Virus record (IMG/VR): IMGVR_UViG_3300022868_000009
Span: 124,001 to 188,000 of that record
DNA: 64,000 bases
Strand: one strand, 5' to 3'
A program made the translations under genes and the position numbers. Positions within the stretch are counted from its first letter, which is position 1; each line of letters opens with the position of its first letter. Below, piece after piece: positions 57,954 to 64,000 of the stretch. The notes under the pieces are model-generated. The model was not told where the DNA came from. It saw nothing but the letters and a program-made list of their open reading frames with translations, and ran no database searches.

Positions 57954-59675
57954 TTAATTCAAAAAACCATTTTTTAAAATACCCCACTCAAAACATATAT
58001 GACCAGAATTATTTATTCTGTAAATACCCCTTTCTAACATTATATCATGCTCTGTTCTATTTGCATCATAACCATCTTTAACCAATGTTTGTTTTCTATA
58101 ATTATATCTATGCCTTCTAACACCATCAACTATGTAATGATAACCTGGTTTTGTTGTGTGACTCCTATTAAAATTTAAATTATCATAAAGATTGCCTTTA
58201 CTCCAACTTCTATCAGCATAAGAAACTATTTTTTTCGGATCATAATTTTTAATAAAATATTTAAACAATTTACTAGCACCACCAACAATATTTGTGTTTA
58301 ATTTGTTGCAAAACCTTAATAACTCAAAATCATATTTTTTAATAACACCTATACCCAATCTATTCTTACCAAACGTCATTAAAGAAACTAATTCATTTTC
58401 ATAATATAATCCTAATTTAACACTAGATCCAACAAAACCTTGTATATGATTATTATCTAAAAATTCTCTTATTAGTTTATTATCGTTAATTTCCTTTATT
58501 TGTGTTTTTCTAGCATAAATTTTATTTGGTGTTTTACCTAATTTATTTAATATCATTGATTTAACTATATTTTGTTTATATTTCCAATCATCTTCATAAA
58601 TATGGATTAATTGAATATCCTTTTCTTCACATTTTTCTGTTTTATTTAAATGATATCTATCAGATTTATATAATTCATTATGCCAATATAAACCATTAAA
58701 TTCAAAAGCTAATTTTAAATCTGGTAAATAAATGTCTAATTCTAATGGCTTTATTATATTTCTTTTATTATTTAAAATTGTTTTGTCATAATTCGATTTA
58801 ATATAATTTAAGAAATCAATTTCAAGTCCAGAAACTGATTTTAAAATAGGATTGCATTTAGTACATAACAAAGTATTAGATCTTCGTCTACTATTCAAAA
58901 GAACATAACTTATTTCAAATTCGTGTCCTTTTTCACACATCATTAAATATTTTTTTTCTTCTAAATTTAAACTTATTACATCATAATCTTCATAATATTT
59001 TAAATATTTATTCATGATTGTTTTTCTTAAACTTTTAATCATTCTGTCTTTTAAATCAATATTATGTAATGGTACAATCACACCATATTTTTCTTTCATT
59101 GTTCTTTGTCTTTTAATTTTAACTAAATCCAATTTTGAAACATTATCAACTCCATATTTACTCAAACACGTTTCTTTATATCTATTATAAATTTCAACTG
59201 ATTTTAATGGACTACTGACATTATAATTATCCTTTAGTGTTTTTAAAGATTTTTTATGAATTTCTTCATTTTGAATAGGTGAATTATAACCATATTTTTT
59301 AATATTAGTTTTGATAATCTTTTCTTTTACTAAAATATTTTCTGATGGTGTTTTTGTACCAAATTTATCTAAACATGTTTGCATTCTTTTATTTTTAACA
59401 TGATTACTTTTATTCATGCATTTCTTAGAACAAAAAGTATAATATCCAATATTAGAATTCTTAAATTTGACAAAATTACCACATTCACATATTACAATAT
59501 TTTTAATATCATTATACCAATGATAAACTTGTTGCTTAAATGGTAAATCATCTAAACCATTTTCAATTACATATTTTTGTATTTCTTCTAGTATACTAGT
59601 AAAATACTTTTCGAGATAATTCTTTCTGAACATTTTACCAGATGAATCTAGATTTTCACTAAAAATACTTTTCAT
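57954..59675 (-). CDS. Putative homing endonuclease between sheath and tube
   Basis: KYG repeats, ELDIYLPDLKLAFEFNGLYWH; paralog of 6817..8418. Confidence 0.75.
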   Translation of the reverse strand: MKSIFSENLDSSGKMFRKNYLEKYFTSILEEIQKYVIENGLDDLPFKQQVYHWYNDIKNIVICECGNFVKFKNSNIGYYTFCSKKCMNKSNHVKNKRMQTCLDKFGTKTPSENILVKEKIIKTNIKKYGYNSPIQNEEIHKKSLKTLKDNYNVSSPLKSVEIYNRYKETCLSKYGVDNVSKLDLVKIKRQRTMKEKYGVIVPLHNIDLKDRMIKSLRKTIMNKYLKYYEDYDVISLNLEEKKYLMMCEKGHEFEISYVLLNSRRRSNTLLCTKCNPILKSVSGLEIDFLNYIKSNYDKTILNNKRNIIKPLELDIYLPDLKLAFEFNGLYWHNELYKSDRYHLNKTEKCEEKDIQLIHIYEDDWKYKQNIVKSMILNKLGKTPNKIYARKTQIKEINDNKLIREFLDNNHIQGFVGSSVKLGLYYENELVSLMTFGKNRLGIGVIKKYDFELLRFCNKLNTNIVGGASKLFKYFIKNYDPKKIVSYADRSWSKGNLYDNLNFNRSHTTKPGYHYIVDGVRRHRYNYRKQTLVKDGYDANRTEHDIMLERGIYRINNSGHICFEWGILKNGFLN

Positions 59676-59704
59676 AATAGGTTTCTTTTATTCCTATATA
59701 TAAA

Positions 59705-59741
59705 AAATTAAGAGTTAAATGTATAATTTAACTCTTAATTT
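59705..59741 (-). terminator. Hairpin or terminator after sheath gene
   Basis: aaattaagagttaaat-gtata-atttaactcttaattt. Confidence 0.6.
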
Positions 59742-59759
59742 ATTTTTATTTATTTGATT

Positions 59760-62700
59760 TTATAAAAATCCACCGGATTCTATATCACCTTTTTTCAGAA
59801 TTGTAATGTTATTAACAATTATACCCATTCCTTTAATGATTTCAATATATGTATCTAATACACCCATTTGAAGATCAATTATGTAATTTGTATTATTTGT
59901 TATATCCATTACATTTTTGTAATCGTATAATGCATCTGAATCTTGTAATGATTTGCAAATCTCATCAGCTCTGAACTTAATTTCAGCTCTAATTTCAGGA
60001 GTATTAAATCTCCATTGGTATCTTAGTAACATATCATATAACTGATTCTCTAGTTCAATTAACACTTCTCTTGAGTGAATAACACTTAGTGAACTGTAAG
60101 GGAATACTTGAGCAGTATTTTCAGAATTAATGCAGTAACCTGCATTTCTCTTATATGTTATTGGATTTGCACCCATTTGGAACATGTTTTCTAAATCAGT
60201 ATTACTGAAGTCCATTTCTGTTCCACCGATACCGTTAACTCTACCATTAGTTACACCAGCCATAATTGTCCAAGGTTGTAATCCTGGACCACCAGTAAAC
60301 TTCTGCATATAAGTTGTAGCAGCGTATGATGAAGGTGGTACATATTTAGGTACACCATTATCACTTACTCTAACATATGGGAAGAAATATCCAACACATG
60401 TTGCACCAACTCCACCAGCGAAGTCATATAAGTAAGGAGGACTAAGGTCTTCATTACCACCTTTCATTATGAAATATGTACTAACTGCACCTGTTTGTTC
60501 ACCAGCAGCATCAACTTCCATGAAGTTAGGATTTACAGACTTTTTGAAGTCTCTAAGACTTGGCATATTTATGAAGCCTAAGCAGTTTAATTTTTCACCA
60601 CATAAGTCAACTAATTGTTGTTTTGGAATGACATTAGATGAAACACCACCTACACTAACACTATAAGGAGCTAAACCTAAACCAAATGAATCAACTAAAT
60701 ATCTCCATGTGATTTTATTTTTATTTACTAAAGCTTTAGATAAATTTGTTGTACTATCTAATACTGTTAAAATTGTATTTTGTCTAGCGTCAGTGCCATC
60801 AGGCATTGATAAACTACTAATCTTAAATGGTCTTATATCAATTCCTTTATATGTTGAAACGTAACTATCAATACTTGAATATTGAGTTGTCATCCAATCT
60901 GCTGTTGTTGCTGTAGCACTTGGTATGGCATCATTATCAGTTATCTTTATTGAAGCATCTGTTTCAATTATTTTCAATGTACTATCACTAGGATCTACTG
61001 TTGTATTTAAAATTCTAGTTAACCTTTTAGGTACTCTACCATTTGAATATAAACCAGTACTTGAATTATAAGTAGCATCTGGATCTGTAGGATCAGTTGT
61101 TGGAATATAAGCTTCTAACATATCACCACGTTTTAGTTCAGCATATCTTGTTCTATCTACTTTAATAGTTAAAACATTTGCTGGATAATTACTAGTAACA
61201 AAACTTTCAATTTCTACTGTTTGTCTATAACTTCCAATATCTGATACAACTGATAAAGCATAAGCATATATTGTACTCCAATTATAAACTGGATCTGGAT
61301 CACTTGAACCAGCAGAACTTGCATTTTCTACGAAATCAACTGTTAAGTTATCAGATGAATCAATCCACATCTTAAGATAAATCTTATTAGTCGAAGCATT
61401 TGCATCTACAAAGTAATCATCGTTAGCTATTTCACCGCTATAGAAATCTAAATACATTGTTGAGTATTTAGCTACGACACCTGCTGCATTCTCACCTGTT
61501 ATACCAGAAGTACTTAAAGTTTCAAGTGGTGCGTCTATTGTAATCATTCTATCTGTGGAATTTGTAGCGTGCATTACGAACTCGTCATCTGTATAGAATA
61601 TTAATATCTCACTACCATTATAAAATTCGGCAGGATTTGTAATATTTGTTAATGTTATTGTATAAGGATCATCAGTTATCACGTAATTTGTACTAATTTG
61701 ATGTTTGTATCCTGTTCCACTATTAATAATAACTGCTTTATTATTTGCTAGAGTAGTTGATAATTCATCATGATATTGTAATTCTCTTACTGAATTATAA
61801 CTTGTTCCTGTCGCATTAGGGAATGTTAATGTTAATGTGCTATTTGGAGTACTATGTTCGATAGTTAATCCCATTGTTTGATAAACATTACTTAAAACTA
61901 TTGGATTATAAGTTGATGTTGTGGTACCACTAACATATAGAAGTTCTACATATCCTAAAACAATAGCAGAAGTGTTACTAAATGTTGGTTGTGCAAGAGC
62001 ACCTGGTGTGCTTTCTGTACCTTCATATGTTAATATATCTTCTGAACCTTTCAACATATAAACTACATCAACTCTACCTACTGTAGAACCTGTAGTAACC
62101 AATGTTAATGGCTCGAATTGAACTGTTGTTGTACCCGTGTCTAATGTTTGTTTTGTGTCTGCAACAAAATATGGATCAGCACCAAATGAAAAGGCTTGAT
62201 TATTTATTGTTGCTAAAACATCTGTTGTTATAGTTATTCCAGAAACTGCAGTTCCATTAGGATCTAATAATGTGAAATTATTAATACCAGGAGCAGAAAC
62301 TGAAGGATATACTACTGTATATTCTAAAGTAGAATCAACACCAGTGAATGATTTATTGAATGTTATGGTTGCACCATTTATACTTGTGATAGCACTTACT
62401 ACTGTAGAAGATGCCAATGTATCACCACTTACAATACTCGTAATGTAAAGATTTTCAAATGATGTATCACCTGTGACAACATCATTAACATACCAGTTTG
62501 TGAATCCACCTGTTGTTCTACCGTAACTAGCATTCCATGCAGCTGTTAAATCTGCATCATAATTAGCAAAAACGTTTGATTCTGCATCTAAGAACTTATT
62601 AGCCAATGATACAGTTTCTGTAACTGATTGGTTATATGACATAAAATTAATACTATCTAATTGAGTACCAACTAATCCGTCACCAATTATATCAATTTTA

Positions 62701-63638
62701 CCGTTTGGATAATCTGCACTCATTAATAAATCTTCATTATATGAGCAGAAAATACCTGTTTTATCTGTGTCTGCATTAATATTACTCTTAATGTAAAGAT
62801 CTCTATTATTTAAATCTCTAAAGTAAGGTAATAGTGATGTATCATAATATCCTAATATTGTTATGTTAGTTTCAGATATGAAATCACTAACTGTTCCTTT
62901 AATTAAACCTGTAGTATCAAAATAAGAACTCCATGTTGTATCAACTGATAATGAATTATAATCTGTCCAATCACCTTCAACTATAATAACTGTAACTAAA
63001 TAATCTGAAATCCAGTCAGTTGGATTAATATAAGTAGGAACTTTAGTTCTACCACCATACCACCATTCGGCAGTAACATCAAATCCTGTTAAACTTGATT
63101 TAAACATAAATACTGTAACAGCCTTGTTGTTAAGGTTTGTAAAATTAAGTAATCTATCATCTGACCATGTTGTTAGACTCTTAAGATAATCTTGGAATGC
63201 AATATCATCTCTTTCCCAGAAATCTTGTCTATTGAATATCTTACTATATGGTATAGTAACTTTTGTACCTTGTGAAGTTGGATAGTTTGCATATTGAGAT
63301 GCAACTGACATTGAATCATATTCAATTAGATCTCTCGTATCATTAGTTGACAGTAAATTAAGTGCCCAAATCGGACCACTCTGTAACATTTTTAAACATG
63401 TTCTGTGGAAATAAGAACCTTTGTTTTCTAATTGTCTATCTAAATCACCGAACACAGTTGCAAACGTAGTTGGATTGTCTATATAAACTGGCTTATTGAT
63501 AGGCCCTTTCTTTGAAAAACCTGGTACTAGATTTATAAGAATATCTTGTACTGGTAACTCAATAGGTGACTGATTTATTTCTTCTATGAAAATGTCAGGT
63601 CTTTTATATTTTCCTAAATCTTTTTGTTGAATTGGCAT
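59760..63638 (-). CDS. Contractile tail sheath protein (gp18-like) with large insertion
   Basis: RPDIFIEE..GFSKKGP N-terminus; VPPS, GANPI, SSLS, FNTPEIR C-terminus. Confidence 0.9.
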   Translation of the reverse strand: MPIQQKDLGKYKRPDIFIEEINQSPIELPVQDILINLVPGFSKKGPINKPVYIDNPTTFATVFGDLDRQLENKGSYFHRTCLKMLQSGPIWALNLLSTNDTRDLIEYDSMSVASQYANYPTSQGTKVTIPYSKIFNRQDFWERDDIAFQDYLKSLTTWSDDRLLNFTNLNNKAVTVFMFKSSLTGFDVTAEWWYGGRTKVPTYINPTDWISDYLVTVIIVEGDWTDYNSLSVDTTWSSYFDTTGLIKGTVSDFISETNITILGYYDTSLLPYFRDLNNRDLYIKSNINADTDKTGIFCSYNEDLLMSADYPNGKIDIIGDGLVGTQLDSINFMSYNQSVTETVSLANKFLDAESNVFANYDADLTAAWNASYGRTTGGFTNWYVNDVVTGDTSFENLYITSIVSGDTLASSTVVSAITSINGATITFNKSFTGVDSTLEYTVVYPSVSAPGINNFTLLDPNGTAVSGITITTDVLATINNQAFSFGADPYFVADTKQTLDTGTTTVQFEPLTLVTTGSTVGRVDVVYMLKGSEDILTYEGTESTPGALAQPTFSNTSAIVLGYVELLYVSGTTTSTYNPIVLSNVYQTMGLTIEHSTPNSTLTLTFPNATGTSYNSVRELQYHDELSTTLANNKAVIINSGTGYKHQISTNYVITDDPYTITLTNITNPAEFYNGSEILIFYTDDEFVMHATNSTDRMITIDAPLETLSTSGITGENAAGVVAKYSTMYLDFYSGEIANDDYFVDANASTNKIYLKMWIDSSDNLTVDFVENASSAGSSDPDPVYNWSTIYAYALSVVSDIGSYRQTVEIESFVTSNYPANVLTIKVDRTRYAELKRGDMLEAYIPTTDPTDPDATYNSSTGLYSNGRVPKRLTRILNTTVDPSDSTLKIIETDASIKITDNDAIPSATATTADWMTTQYSSIDSYVSTYKGIDIRPFKISSLSMPDGTDARQNTILTVLDSTTNLSKALVNKNKITWRYLVDSFGLGLAPYSVSVGGVSSNVIPKQQLVDLCGEKLNCLGFINMPSLRDFKKSVNPNFMEVDAAGEQTGAVSTYFIMKGGNEDLSPPYLYDFAGGVGATCVGYFFPYVRVSDNGVPKYVPPSSYAATTYMQKFTGGPGLQPWTIMAGVTNGRVNGIGGTEMDFSNTDLENMFQMGANPITYKRNAGYCINSENTAQVFPYSSLSVIHSREVLIELENQLYDMLLRYQWRFNTPEIRAEIKFRADEICKSLQDSDALYDYKNVMDITNNTNYIIDLQMGVLDTYIEIIKGMGIIVNNITILKKGDIESGGFL

Positions 63639-63781
63639 AGTTAATACTTTATTTTTTACCTATATATTAAATATATTTTTCGAATTATCTTCAACTATTA
63701 TATATAAAGTTGAAAATGTAACAAATTTCGTAAAATAAAATAGGTAGGATTTTCATTACCATCCGTATTTTTAATTATATA

Positions 63782-64000
63782 TTAAATTAAATTTCTCAAA
63801 TGATAATTGAAAACTAACTTAACCTCTTCTGAATATTTTTTTGGATATACTACAGAATCATGAATAGTAAAGATCTTAATGTGTGGATATTTCTTTGCAA
63901 TATCGCTCACAACCTTACCATAAATAAAATCACTTTCCATTCTCTGCAATTTATGACTCAACGATTTATAAGTATCGTCTAAACTTTTTAATTCTTTTAT
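63782..64000 (-). CDS. 3' end of a gene with family A polymerase-like palm motifs (partial)
   Basis: LQRMESDFI...IFTIHDSV; frame open from the window end. Confidence 0.45.
   Translation of the reverse strand: MKELKSLDDTYKSLSHKLQRMESDFIYGKVVSDIAKKYPHIKIFTIHDSVVYPKKYSEEVKLVFNYHLRNLI

Noticed and set aside
1-64000. Genome-wide TAG reassignment (code 15)
   Set aside because: Long genes are intact in code 11 and several end properly in TAG (for example clpB TAG TAG). Only two in-frame TAGs were noticed, both at codon 3 in one operon.

Overview
Very AT-rich segment of a T4-like jumbo myophage genome, read in the standard genetic code. The IF-3, ClpB and M42 sequences, the tmRNA tag and the scarcity of Shine-Dalgarno sites suggest a Bacteroidota host (inference). 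Core genes include family B DNA polymerase and terminase large subunit (each fractured by a split intein with a free-standing endonuclease gene between the halves), clamp loader, RNase H-type 5'-3' nuclease, primase, tail sheath, tail tube and baseplate genes. There are many homing endonucleases and a large family of small proteins with a T4-like capsid-targeting N-terminus. The most striking content concerns translation. (1) An unannotated 35-codon leader peptide sits in terminator/antiterminator geometry directly upstream of a tRNA array; its 17-codon core uses only Ala/Val/Arg/Thr/Gly/Pro, exactly the amino acids of that array, suggesting a tRNA-depletion-sensing attenuator. (2) An operon contains a Pth2-like gene and a minigene that both carry TAG at codon 3, and ends in a tRNA whose canonical register gives a CUA anticodon. 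(3) A phage tmRNA is interrupted in its T-loop by a 217-nt group I intron. All calls were made by eye; no database search or folding program was run.
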